DNA from: a virus
Lineage: Duplodnaviria > Caudoviricetes
Strand: one strand, 5' to 3'
DNA length: 64,000 bases
IMG/VR virus record: IMGVR_UViG_3300032257_000006
Location: 14,953-78,952 of that record
In this document: in pieces, positions 53,598 to 62,730 of the stretch
Position numbering within the stretch: the stretch's first letter is position 1
Layout of the letters: each line of letters starts with the position of its first letter
The notes under the pieces: generated by a model
Database searches by the model: none
Seen by the model: only the letters and a program-made list of their open reading frames with translations
Told to the model about the DNA's origin: nothing
Made by a program: the position numbers and the translations under genes

Positions 53598-54452
53598 TTA
53601 TACTGCCATTGATAATTTTATTGCGGGGTGTGACTCGTAACCTTCAAGTTCAAAGTCATTCAGTGTTACCCAAGTCTCCAAATCTTCCAGCGTTTTAATT
53701 TCTGGATTGATTGTCATCTTAGGCAATGCTACCGGCTCACGTTTAAGCATCTCATTGACACCTTCCAAATGATTTTCATAGATATGAATGTCAGTAAGGA
53801 AATGATTGAACTTGCCAGCCTTAAGGCCTGTAATCTGTGCCATGACCATAAGTAACCAAGAGTAGCCAACCATATTGAACGGTACGCCCAATGCCATGTC
53901 ACAGCTGCGCTGGTACATAGTCAGGTGAAGCTCATCGCCTTGGATACTGAACTGGTACAATAGATGACAAGGAGGTAACGCCATTCTGTCCATCTCGCCT
54001 GGGTTCCAATGCGTTACGATCTCACGACGATTATCTATACCTTGTTTCAGATCGTTGTAAACCTTGCGCAGTTGGTCGGTGGTGATGGAGATTATGCCTG
54101 GATCGTATGACTTATAGTCACGGGCTTGTACACCGTATACGCGGCCCAAATCATCTTCGCCTTTACGGTTTGGATTATTCAACCACTGTTCGTTTTCATT
54201 GGCGTTCTGATCCCAGACATTGCAGCCCATCGCTCTGAAGTCAGCGGCATTACTGTAGCCACGTAAAAAACAAAGCATCTCTGCCACCGACTGTTTCCAG
54301 TAAGTTTTCTTTAAGGTGACGATAGGAAAACCGTCAGCCATATCGAATTGCATGTGAGCCCCGATAATGCCGGTAGTATTTATACCGGTTCTGTTCTCTT
54401 TTACGACGCCTTCAGTTACGGTTTTTTGTAACAGATCTTTGTATTGTTGCAT
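53598..54452 (-). CDS. thyA: thymidylate synthase
   Basis: NRTG, GRVYGVQ, RREIVTHWN, MALPPCH and YQRSCDMALGVPFN motifs, DIHIYENH. Confidence 0.97.
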   Translation of the reverse strand: MQQYKDLLQKTVTEGVVKENRTGINTTGIIGAHMQFDMADGFPIVTLKKTYWKQSVAEMLCFLRGYSNAADFRAMGCNVWDQNANENEQWLNNPNRKGEDDLGRVYGVQARDYKSYDPGIISITTDQLRKVYNDLKQGIDNRREIVTHWNPGEMDRMALPPCHLLYQFSIQGDELHLTMYQRSCDMALGVPFNMVGYSWLLMVMAQITGLKAGKFNHFLTDIHIYENHLEGVNEMLKREPVALPKMTINPEIKTLEDLETWVTLNDFELEGYESHPAIKLSMAV

Positions 54453-54499
54453 TGGTATTACTCCTCTATGGTGACAGAAACTTGCATTTCTTTCTCCAG

Positions 54500-54865
54500 T
54501 TAAAATTGTGTAGGCATTTGGTTTCTAAAACTGCTTATTACATTGGCCATATACGGGGCCATCATACTTGCAAATACTTCAGGGGCCGCATCCACTAAAA
54601 GTTTTTGAATGGCTGGGCCAACTACCATATTTGCCTGACCATCCCATGCCTCTATAAACTCGGCCTCAGATAAACGCGCTTTTACGTTAGCCAAAAACAT
54701 GGCCTGTATTTCTTTTTGGATTAACGCAGGGGCCAGTTCTTTCATGAAATGATCAACCTGAGAATCTATTAAATCCTCCCACTGCTTAGGCGGGATAAGG
54801 TCAACCAATTCCAGCCCAACTTTCTCTGCTATTGCAGACTTTAAATCTAGTACTTCTTGTCCCAT
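54500..54865 (-). CDS. hypothetical protein
   Basis: 121 aa with GGAG RBS. Confidence 0.7.
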   Translation of the reverse strand: MGQEVLDLKSAIAEKVGLELVDLIPPKQWEDLIDSQVDHFMKELAPALIQKEIQAMFLANVKARLSEAEFIEAWDGQANMVVGPAIQKLLVDAAPEVFASMMAPYMANVISSFRNQMPTQF

Positions 54866-54877
54866 AAATTTCTCCAG

Positions 54878-55078
54878 TTATAGTTCAATAGTTACAGTCG
54901 TACTGGCCACTTTGTTTCTAGGCGGATGTCCGACTTCATAACAAGTGACAACATTTATAGCAACGTTGTCAGGCACTACTCCAGTCCGTTCAACAAACTG
55001 CTCGAACTTGTTGGCCACGGATTTTGTAATGGCGGCTTCGAGTTTTTTCTTCTCTTCGGTTACTTCGCTTGTGTTCAC
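54878..55078 (-). CDS. hypothetical protein
   Basis: 66 aa, GTGA overlap with the sbcC stop. Confidence 0.65.
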   Translation of the reverse strand: MNTSEVTEEKKKLEAAITKSVANKFEQFVERTGVVPDNVAINVVTCYEVGHPPRNKVASTTVTIEL

Positions 55079-57249
55079 TGCATACTCCCCAAATCAATTA
55101 CATTTCCAGCTGACAGCTCTTCAAGATCAGAGTGCGTGCTGTATATGATCTGCATACCGGTGCCCATTAATGTGCTCACCAACCGTGCAGAGTTTTCTTC
55201 GGACATGTCCGAACTTGGTTCATCTAAAACCATGAACGAACTACTTCCATACAATGCCTTAGCAAGACCTAATCTCACACCAACACCCATAAATGCTTTC
55301 TGTGCGCCAGATGCACATGTTACGGAACGGTCAACACCATTCTCTAAGAACCTGAACTTACCCTTAGGGTCGCGTATAATTCCTTCGATCTCATCGCTAG
55401 TGCATGTTTTGCAGAAGGTCGATGCGTAACTCAGAATGCGGTCCCAGATTGACTTCAAGAAGCGTGAACGTGAATCACGCAAGTACGAAACCAATGCTTT
55501 AGCATTAGCCTGGTCAGTACGATCCCTGCGTAGTTTAATGTTGCTCGTGTCAGCAGCTTCAATGGTATTATTCGATGCTGCTATATTCCTCTCGATCATT
55601 GGAAGTTCAACAGTCTTCATCGGTGTAACACTGGCATTGTCAGTATTGATAGTTAAAATTAAATCACTGTGAGATTTTTCAAGTTTAACTATCGCAGCCG
55701 CTTTATCAGTAGTATCACATTCTACTTTCTTATATTCAGCAATGGCCAACTCCGCCGCCGTTCTATCTGCTACCGCTTTGTCGTAGTCTTTCTTAGCGTT
55801 GTTGTAACGAGCAACTTCTGCATCAGCGGTATACTTCTTACTGGTTAGATCAGAGAGCTCTACTTCCATGCGTTTTATATCAACTGCCGCTGCACGTAAA
55901 TCAGAATCTGAAGCCAGATCCAGTGCTATAAGCGCATCTACTTCTGCTTTGAAGTTAGCAATGGTCTGCTCAACATTCACATTTACTGGTGGATTGTTTT
56001 CCACGTCAGCTAGTGCACGTCTGGCATCGTTCAAATGATCCTGACAGTCTTCCAGATTAAGTGACATTGTTGCTTGCTGGCCGGACAGTTCTTTAAGTTC
56101 TGCTTCTTGCTGCTCTTTGTGATTGTCTGCTCCATCGAATGGACGTTTACAGGTTAGGCAAACTGAATTGTCCAGCGCCCCCATGATGACTGCCATCTTT
56201 TCGGTGATTGAATTACGCTTAGCTTCCTCAGTTGATTTAAGTTCTACTAAACCTTCAACCTCTGCCTTCAACAATTCAATCTCAACCTTCCACTTATTCT
56301 CCGTATCAAGTGCAGGGCCGGCGTTCACCTTCAGCCACTCATTAAGTACGACTAATCGCTCAGCGTTCTTAATTCCCAGAGCTAACTTAGATTTCCTGTG
56401 AGGGATTTCATTAGACAGCTCGGTGATCTGTGCCGTGTAAGCAGTAGCAGGTTCCGGTACTTCTTTTACTGCATCTGCCAGCATACGAATAGCAGTCAGT
56501 GCAGCTTCTAGTTTAAGTTCCTCGGCCTGCTTATTTTCAGTGGCCATTTGTATTTTAGCCAGCTCAGAGACCTTAATGTTTAGGTCATCATTTATAGTTT
56601 TAGCGGCCATCTTGTTACTGACTATCGCATTGTCCAGCGCTTCAATCTGCAGAAGCACATAAGCCTTTCGGTCTTCACTGGCCTTAAGTTCAGCCTTCAT
56701 CTCTTTAGTGTCGATAAGTGTCGCACCTTCAAGCCGACCTTTGAACATTGTGACATCAGTGTTCGCTAGCTTAATTACTTTATCGATAATAGTTACATCA
56801 GCAATTACCTCTACCATCTTTTGAAGTTCAGCAGCACCGATTGTAAGTAAGCCCGCGGTCTCACCCTGATCTGAAAAGTGAAGCATGTTGTAATTAGCAA
56901 CAGAGATACCAAACAAATCATCAAGATATGAATTGCATGCAGTGTGGCCAGTGGCAACCGGCTTACCTTCGCCGCCCTTTGCATAGATATTACAGTCAGC
57001 CAGTGAGCGAGTGATTCTATGATCTCCAATCTCTATACCAACGTCACACTTGCCAGTAGAGTCCCAAGTTTGTACATCATCTTTACTGCCTGGTATTCCT
57101 TGGATACCTTGCAGTGCAAACTTAATACTGTTTAGTGTAGAAGATTTGCCAGCCCAGTTAGGGCCGCGTAGAACATTAAGACCTGCACCAAACTCAAAGT
57201 TTTTAGTGCCGATCTTTTTGAAATTTTGCGTACGCAATTCAGATAACAT
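55075..57249 (-). CDS. sbcC: SbcC/Rad50-like SMC ATPase (recombination nuclease subunit)
   Basis: Walker A GPNWAGKSS, coiled coil with CLTC zinc hook, signature SGAQK, Walker B VLDEP, H-loop THS. Confidence 0.93.
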   Translation of the reverse strand: MLSELRTQNFKKIGTKNFEFGAGLNVLRGPNWAGKSSTLNSIKFALQGIQGIPGSKDDVQTWDSTGKCDVGIEIGDHRITRSLADCNIYAKGGEGKPVATGHTACNSYLDDLFGISVANYNMLHFSDQGETAGLLTIGAAELQKMVEVIADVTIIDKVIKLANTDVTMFKGRLEGATLIDTKEMKAELKASEDRKAYVLLQIEALDNAIVSNKMAAKTINDDLNIKVSELAKIQMATENKQAEELKLEAALTAIRMLADAVKEVPEPATAYTAQITELSNEIPHRKSKLALGIKNAERLVVLNEWLKVNAGPALDTENKWKVEIELLKAEVEGLVELKSTEEAKRNSITEKMAVIMGALDNSVCLTCKRPFDGADNHKEQQEAELKELSGQQATMSLNLEDCQDHLNDARRALADVENNPPVNVNVEQTIANFKAEVDALIALDLASDSDLRAAAVDIKRMEVELSDLTSKKYTADAEVARYNNAKKDYDKAVADRTAAELAIAEYKKVECDTTDKAAAIVKLEKSHSDLILTINTDNASVTPMKTVELPMIERNIAASNNTIEAADTSNIKLRRDRTDQANAKALVSYLRDSRSRFLKSIWDRILSYASTFCKTCTSDEIEGIIRDPKGKFRFLENGVDRSVTCASGAQKAFMGVGVRLGLAKALYGSSSFMVLDEPSSDMSEENSARLVSTLMGTGMQIIYSTHSDLEELSAGNVIDLGSMQ
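55198..55213. repeat. 16-bp palindrome copy 15, TTCGGACATGTCCGAA
   Basis: Perfect copy inside the sbcC coding sequence (S-D-M-S-E). Confidence 0.85.
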
Positions 57250-57261
57250 GGTCGTCCACTC

Positions 57262-57474
57262 CTATAAGAGGCCGTTATTTCTTAGCTTAATAATCTCATC
57301 AGGCGTAATACCTTGCTTAATGATGTCCAAAATATCCGTAGTCTTAATAGAAGAAGTCTTCTCTTTATCTACAGGGAACCCTACATACCCAAACACAGGG
57401 CTTGTAGAGATCATGCCGTTAGCGTCTGTAAGGTACCCAGTACTTTCATCATATTCTAATAAAATTTTTGACAT
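57262..57474 (-). CDS. hypothetical protein between sbcD and sbcC
   Basis: Start refined to MSKIL at 57474 behind GGAG. Confidence 0.65.
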   Translation of the reverse strand: MSKILLEYDESTGYLTDANGMISTSPVFGYVGFPVDKEKTSSIKTTDILDIIKQGITPDEIIKLRNNGLL

Positions 57475-57476
57475 AT

Positions 57477-58544
57477 CTATTCTCCAAGTTTTTCTAAGTA
57501 GTGTTCCCACGTTGCTTGCATAACTTTGTCGTCTTTCAACTCTTCAGTTATATGTGCTGGTAGGTTGTCAATTTCAGTCAATCCTATCTCTTCAACATCA
57601 TCTGTCTCGATAGGGCGTAACCCATTGCGTACCATTAAAGCCTGTGGATTCGCGGCCCAAACCTTCACAATGAAGTCAGCAACTCCAGCGTATTCATCTA
57701 CAGGCAGTACGCCGGTAACGTCGATGAATTGTGCTGTAGTCTTGAGGTCATCATCATTGCTAGGGAGTTTGTTGAATGACAGCGTTGCTAGGCCCTCATC
57801 TTTGCTCCAGATCCGTTCTTTTTCTATTTCATTGTCTTGGTTTATATACCAGACAAATTTATCACCTATATCAGAGAACGAAGTAGGGTGTGTGTTGCCA
57901 ACCAAAACTAATCGATCATCTTTAAGCATACGTGATTCGTGCTCGTGACCAATGAATACATAGTCAAAACGATCCAGTAATTGATCAGCTACTTCAGACG
58001 TGAGGTTTAATGAAATCTCATTGTCTGCATACCCGCACTCGTAATTACAATGCATGATTACAATCTCAAGCATGCCGTCGTTAGCCGGTTCTTTTATAAG
58101 CTCCTGAATCGTTTCATCAAACAGATCCTGGCTTGATTGGTGCGGGACAGAAAACACAAGGCCGTCATCGCCAAAACTATTCACGGCGTGAAATGTCTTA
58201 CCAACCAGTGGAACCACTACACTACTGTCTGCCAGCAATATTTCACTTACTACAGCCAGTGAGGACAAAGTACCTTCTCTGTTAGGTACATCGTGGTTGC
58301 CGCCTAGTACTAAGTTACAGTGTCTTGCGACTTGAGCACCTTGCATGATAGTCATCTCATCATTGTGAGATGTATCAAACAAGTCACCAAGGCAGAGTAC
58401 GTTGTCTGACTTCATCATCGTAGCTGCGTCCCAAGCTGCCGTATTAAGTGCGTCTTTCAACGCGGCCCTACTACTGTTAGTAGTATGAGCGCGTCTGTTT
58501 AATCCAATGTGTGGATCTGAAAACATTCCGAATTTATGCTTCAT
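57477..58544 (-). CDS. sbcD: SbcD/Mre11-like metallophosphoesterase nuclease
   Basis: SDPHIG, LGDLFD, GGNHD and GHEH motifs. Confidence 0.92.
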   Translation of the reverse strand: MKHKFGMFSDPHIGLNRRAHTTNSSRAALKDALNTAAWDAATMMKSDNVLCLGDLFDTSHNDEMTIMQGAQVARHCNLVLGGNHDVPNREGTLSSLAVVSEILLADSSVVVPLVGKTFHAVNSFGDDGLVFSVPHQSSQDLFDETIQELIKEPANDGMLEIVIMHCNYECGYADNEISLNLTSEVADQLLDRFDYVFIGHEHESRMLKDDRLVLVGNTHPTSFSDIGDKFVWYINQDNEIEKERIWSKDEGLATLSFNKLPSNDDDLKTTAQFIDVTGVLPVDEYAGVADFIVKVWAANPQALMVRNGLRPIETDDVEEIGLTEIDNLPAHITEELKDDKVMQATWEHYLEKLGE

Positions 58545-58753
58545 GATTGTTTACCTAAAAAGTAGGGTTGGTATTTTATTACATCAACTGCAATCTCTTT
58601 TCTTACTTCAGTTGAGATGTGTGGATTATGGTAGAGCCGCCAATCGTGCACATGCCATAGAGATTGTCGCTTCACTGGATATGGTGGTATACCTAACTTA
58701 GGGAGCAACCTGAATTTGATAAAACCTCTGATCGTATAGCGTGGCTTAGTCAC
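58541..58753 (-). CDS. hypothetical protein
   Basis: 70 aa, overlapping both neighbours. Confidence 0.55.
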   Translation of the reverse strand: MTKPRYTIRGFIKFRLLPKLGIPPYPVKRQSLWHVHDWRLYHNPHISTEVRKEIAVDVIKYQPYFLGKQS

Positions 58754-59891
58754 CGATAAACTCCTTAAAATATCTAGCCACCGGATGAAATGGAATCCCG
58801 TCTGGCGTTAGGTTAGGGTAAGTAATATTTAGTAACTGCCCAATGTACTTAGCTTTATCTATAAGGATTAATTCTTTATTAGCATAAGTACCTGGCGCAG
58901 TGACTGTAAACGGCTGGCCGTTGTCCGTTCGCAAATGGAGAATGCCTACACGGTAAGTAGTCTCAACACCTGTAACGCCATCGACTTGGATATACGGTTC
59001 GCCTTCTGTTATATCCATTACGATAAACTCAGCGTCTAACTCTGCTTTAAGTTTCAGCAGATTGTTAGAGCGTGCGCCGACTTCGTAACCACCGTCACCC
59101 AGCCTTAGCATGCCGCCCTCGTATCCTCTAGATACAAAGTCGTCGAACCACTTCCAGCATTCTTCCAGCGATGTAACAGGGTGGCGTTCAATAGGTACAA
59201 GTACACCGGAAGTATCATCGCAGTGAAATCTATCGACGAATCTTTCTTGATATGACTTATCAACTGAGAACGAATCATAAACATAATATTTTATTGAGTC
59301 ACTTTCTGGTTGCTGCTTCTTAACCAGCGATGCAATTTCCTGAAGTGTTAGGTTGTGGTTGTAAAGTTCGCCATCAAGATACTCACCAACCTCCAGCGTA
59401 TCCATAAGTTCTTCATGCATATGATCTAACGTCTGTATCCTCTTGCCTTCTTTGGAGTACTGTAAAATTCCCTCTTTCGTCCGCACCGTCGTACATCGGT
59501 GGCCATCCAGTTTTGGTGAGGTTTCTGCGAAACCTGAGAAGTCGAGGTTCTTAATTTTTTCAATGCGTTTAGCAAGCATCGGGAGCGGGTGTCCGAGTTG
59601 ATTCGTATGGAACGGGCCAACCTGCTCAATGCTGTGCTTGTATCCACCATCAAGCTGGCCATTGCTCTCACTGCGAGCCTCATTCTGAGCCTGTGTAAAC
59701 GGCGTTGTCTCGTTAGATTTTCCAAGGTTCTTCCCTTTCTTAATTACTTTAAGTTTAATGATCGGCTTACCGTCAAGTTTCTTAGAAAAGGTACGAGTAA
59801 TAACGCCGTGACCTTCTTCGTTTTCGTGTACTTCTATTTGCCAGTAACCCATGCCTGAATTACTGCGCTTAAATAATTTTAATGTATCCAA
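58746..59891 (-). CDS. ATP-dependent DNA ligase
   Basis: PMLA, SPKLDGHR (KxDG), LDGELY, YVYD, EGGMLR and LLKLK motifs; start refined to TTG at 59891 behind AGGAG. Confidence 0.93.
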   Translation of the reverse strand: MDTLKLFKRSNSGMGYWQIEVHENEEGHGVITRTFSKKLDGKPIIKLKVIKKGKNLGKSNETTPFTQAQNEARSESNGQLDGGYKHSIEQVGPFHTNQLGHPLPMLAKRIEKIKNLDFSGFAETSPKLDGHRCTTVRTKEGILQYSKEGKRIQTLDHMHEELMDTLEVGEYLDGELYNHNLTLQEIASLVKKQQPESDSIKYYVYDSFSVDKSYQERFVDRFHCDDTSGVLVPIERHPVTSLEECWKWFDDFVSRGYEGGMLRLGDGGYEVGARSNNLLKLKAELDAEFIVMDITEGEPYIQVDGVTGVETTYRVGILHLRTDNGQPFTVTAPGTYANKELILIDKAKYIGQLLNITYPNLTPDGIPFHPVARYFKEFIGD

Positions 59892-59902
59892 TTTAAATTC
59901 TC

Positions 59903-60205
59903 CTAAGCCATACAGTCGCTCATTCCGCACACAGAGAACTGTGAAGGATGTGAACGCCATTGTTGTCCTGCTGTTTTAGCAGATTCAATTACCTGCTTAC
60001 GCAGTTGATCTACAATGATCGGGTGAGCTATAAATTTATTGCCAGCTAACTTGTAGCAAGTCGGTTGCTTAGGTAAGGCATGTACTGCCCAGCTATCAAA
60101 CTTCTCTACCCACTCATCACCCATCAACTCTTTTGTAAATTCAGTAAGTTCATACGGCCCTAAACATTGGGCGCTTTCTATTACGTCTATTGCACCTATG
60201 CGCAT
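59903..60205 (-). CDS. hypothetical protein
   Basis: 100 aa; AGGAGAA RBS beside palindrome copy 16. Confidence 0.7.
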   Translation of the reverse strand: MRIGAIDVIESAQCLGPYELTEFTKELMGDEWVEKFDSWAVHALPKQPTCYKLAGNKFIAHPIIVDQLRKQVIESAKTAGQQWRSHPSQFSVCGMSDCMA

Positions 60206-60223
60206 TTTAATTCTCCTAAAATA

Positions 60224-60239
60224 TTCGGACTTGTCCGAA
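60224..60239. repeat. 16-bp palindrome copy 16, TTCGGACTTGTCCGAA
   Basis: Between the stop at 60242 and AGGAGAA; same flanks as copy 4. Confidence 0.95.
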
Positions 60240-60241
60240 AG

Positions 60242-60742
60242 TTAGTGCCCTATAGCCACCAACAACTCATCTTCAAATCGGTTAACTACTATTTCCATTG
60301 CCTCAGCAATGGGCGTGTCTTTCAGATTTAACCTAAGTATGTAACCTTCTTTCTTTAATGGTTTAGCATTTCTTCTGGCAATTAGTATGTCTCTACCATC
60401 CCAAAGCTCTATGCAATTAAGGACATCAGAATAAAATATAAACATACTTGGATTGTTAGACAACATCCAACGCTTATGCCAGCCATACTGTGAGTCACGC
60501 ACCATCGATGCCATACAAGATCTGAACGTCTCATATTTTTTCGATGCCTTGCACTCAATCAACGCGGCCCCAAACGGAAGCAGCAGCATGAACTCGCCTG
60601 GCTGCGCAGTTACCGTACCTCTTGCACTTCTAGAGTCAGGGAATTTGTAAAACATTCTTCCTCTTCTAGAGCACAATGTTTTAAGGTGAGGCTCGCACTG
60701 GTCTTCGAACCACTTACCGATGTCCTTAGCTTTTGAGACCAT
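60242..60742 (-). CDS. RecU-like Holliday junction resolvase (PD-(D/E)xK)
   Basis: GKWFE...QPGEF...LIECKAS pattern in a recombination cluster. Confidence 0.7.
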   Translation of the reverse strand: MVSKAKDIGKWFEDQCEPHLKTLCSRRGRMFYKFPDSRSARGTVTAQPGEFMLLLPFGAALIECKASKKYETFRSCMASMVRDSQYGWHKRWMLSNNPSMFIFYSDVLNCIELWDGRDILIARRNAKPLKKEGYILRLNLKDTPIAEAMEIVVNRFEDELLVAIGH

Positions 60743-61353
60743 TACTTACCCCTCAATTCTGCCTCAGCGTCTGCCCAAGCTTTTACTACCTTATCAAAGG
60801 TGACAGCATCGCCCCCTTTGTCTGGATGGTATTTTGATCTGAGTTTTTTATATACGGCATTGACAACTGCTAGGTCATGTCCGTCATATGCAAATACCTC
60901 TCTCCATGGAGGCTGAATTACTGAGTCAGGACTAGGTAGTGATGTAAAGCCCTTAAAAACTCGGTCAAGTATCTCGCCAGATCCCCATCTACGTATGCCA
61001 CGCATAGCTTCAATGGTCTTTGATATGGCGTACAAGTTGTCAGCTATACGATCATACTTATCTAATGCCAAAACCTTTTGAGAGTCGCCATCCATCCACC
61101 ACACTGCGGCTCCTTTGTTTGCAGGTTCTCTTTGAGATGAGTAGGGTAGTCCGTCATTACGTAGCTTTAAATCTGTAGAGATTATTACATCCCTAGAATT
61201 TATTCCCATACGCTTGAGTTCTTCCAGTACGCAGACAGTTGCCTTGGCTATAGATATAGGCTTATTCCATTTACCGAACCTGCTTCTCTCATAGTTGGTT
61301 GATCTAGTCCAACCTTCAGGCCAAGTAAGTGGAGAACTTGAAATGTTTTCCAT
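60742..61353 (-). CDS. J-domain (DnaJ-like) protein
   Basis: C-terminal YKKLRSKYHPDKGG with the HPD motif; N-terminal PLTWPEGW domain. Confidence 0.88.
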   Translation of the reverse strand: MENISSSPLTWPEGWTRSTNYERSRFGKWNKPISIAKATVCVLEELKRMGINSRDVIISTDLKLRNDGLPYSSQREPANKGAAVWWMDGDSQKVLALDKYDRIADNLYAISKTIEAMRGIRRWGSGEILDRVFKGFTSLPSPDSVIQPPWREVFAYDGHDLAVVNAVYKKLRSKYHPDKGGDAVTFDKVVKAWADAEAELRGK

Positions 61354-61976
61354 TACCTTACTCCTTTTGAATCCTGCACTGCCATGTCACCATTGTACTG
61401 ACCGGTTTTTCTGTAACTAAACTTAGCCGGTACAAACTTGTGACGGTAAAATTTAATCTGGCCTATAGGCATACGGTATCGCAGCCCTAGTTTATGGGTT
61501 CGCAATAAGTTTGTTAACTCAAGTGTTAACCGTGAACCATTAAAGCCAGGATCGATGAAGCCAGCGTTACAATGATCTAACCCGCAGCGTGCCAATGAAG
61601 ACTTCATATAAAATACAGCGGTAATGTTGTCCGGTAGATTAAATATTTCATTGGTTGCGCCTAGGATAAATTCGCCTGGTTGCATGTTGTACATACAAGA
61701 ATCCATACAACCAAACAAATCAGTAAGGCACCTAGGTTCCATTCTAGGCACTTCTCTAGTAGCTAGATCAACTGAAGTTGTCCTGTGAGAGCTGTTACCT
61801 TCTACCATGAAGTCTTCGTGAAGAGTGACATCTATGGAGGTGGCGTTCACTTTGTCTCTGTCAGCAACTAGATAACCTTTATCGATCAAACAAATTATCT
61901 CATCGTGAGTCAAGACACTGTACGGATTAAAGAATGCAACTATCGGATCTATTATTTTATTGAGCAGGTTCGTCAT
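61353..61976 (-). CDS. dcd: dCTP deaminase
   Basis: ATSIDVTL, PGEFILGATNE, KSSLARCGL, FIDPGFNG.RLTLE and Y...GQY motifs; start refined to 61976. Confidence 0.92.
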   Translation of the reverse strand: MTNLLNKIIDPIVAFFNPYSVLTHDEIICLIDKGYLVADRDKVNATSIDVTLHEDFMVEGNSSHRTTSVDLATREVPRMEPRCLTDLFGCMDSCMYNMQPGEFILGATNEIFNLPDNITAVFYMKSSLARCGLDHCNAGFIDPGFNGSRLTLELTNLLRTHKLGLRYRMPIGQIKFYRHKFVPAKFSYRKTGQYNGDMAVQDSKGVR

Positions 61977-62691
61977 CTGTCTTCCCGTAAGCGTATATAT
62001 CAACAGTCTTTTTAAAGTCTATATCCATATCGTCAAAATTATTTGCACACCACTTTAAATAACCAGTAGGTACATCGGCCATGTTCTTACCTTTGTGCTT
62101 ACCGAACGGCATGATCTTAAATGCAGTAGGGATCTGCGAATACATCCAGAACTCTTTCACCGTGTAATCTAATTTTTCTAACATCTTATGGAATACAAAG
62201 TGATTAAGTACACAATCGTATACAGCGTTGTGAGCTCCTTCAGGGTCCATGTCGCCGCCCATTTCAACATACATATCAGACAGCTTATGGCTTTCAGACT
62301 CTGGGTAAAGTCTGCGAGCCATCATGTAAGTATCGATGTGAGGGAAGTTCATTATGTCTTTGCTCACACTGGCTACTACAGGTTTGTCGTAGTACTCAAT
62401 GTTATGGCCTACCAGTACAGGGAATTGAAGTGAGCCTAAATAACGTATGAACTGGTCAATTACTATGTGAGTTTCCGGCGCCCATTCTATGTGCATATCA
62501 GATATGCCGTGAACTTCAGTGGTCTCCGGTGGTATCGGTACACTCGGGTCACACAGTGCGTTGAATATAATATCTGGAACCTCTTCAGTCCCGTTATCAA
62601 GTAACGCACCAAACTGTACTATCTTGGCAACTTCAGGTTCTTTAGCTGTAGTTTCCGTATCGAAAATTACCGCTGTCATTTCGTCATCCAT
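61957..62691 (-). CDS. DEDDh 3'-5' exonuclease (DnaQ/ExoX-like)
   Basis: DTETT, GHN..YYD and HNAVYD motifs; C-terminal MPFGKHKG...VP..YL.W. Confidence 0.9.
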   Translation of the reverse strand: MDDEMTAVIFDTETTAKEPEVAKIVQFGALLDNGTEEVPDIIFNALCDPSVPIPPETTEVHGISDMHIEWAPETHIVIDQFIRYLGSLQFPVLVGHNIEYYDKPVVASVSKDIMNFPHIDTYMMARRLYPESESHKLSDMYVEMGGDMDPEGAHNAVYDCVLNHFVFHKMLEKLDYTVKEFWMYSQIPTAFKIMPFGKHKGKNMADVPTGYLKWCANNFDDMDIDFKKTVDIYAYGKTDDEPAQ

Positions 62692-62724
62692 CTTTGGGTC
62701 TCCAAAGGGCTCCCCGAAGGGAGC
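62692..62724 (-). promoter_or_regulatory. twin hairpins between polA and the exonuclease gene
   Basis: GCTCCC-TTCG-GGGAGC (cUUCGg loop) followed by CTTTGG-AGAC-CCAAAG, which covers the GGAG RBS. Confidence 0.5.
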
Positions 62725-62730
62725 GTTAAG

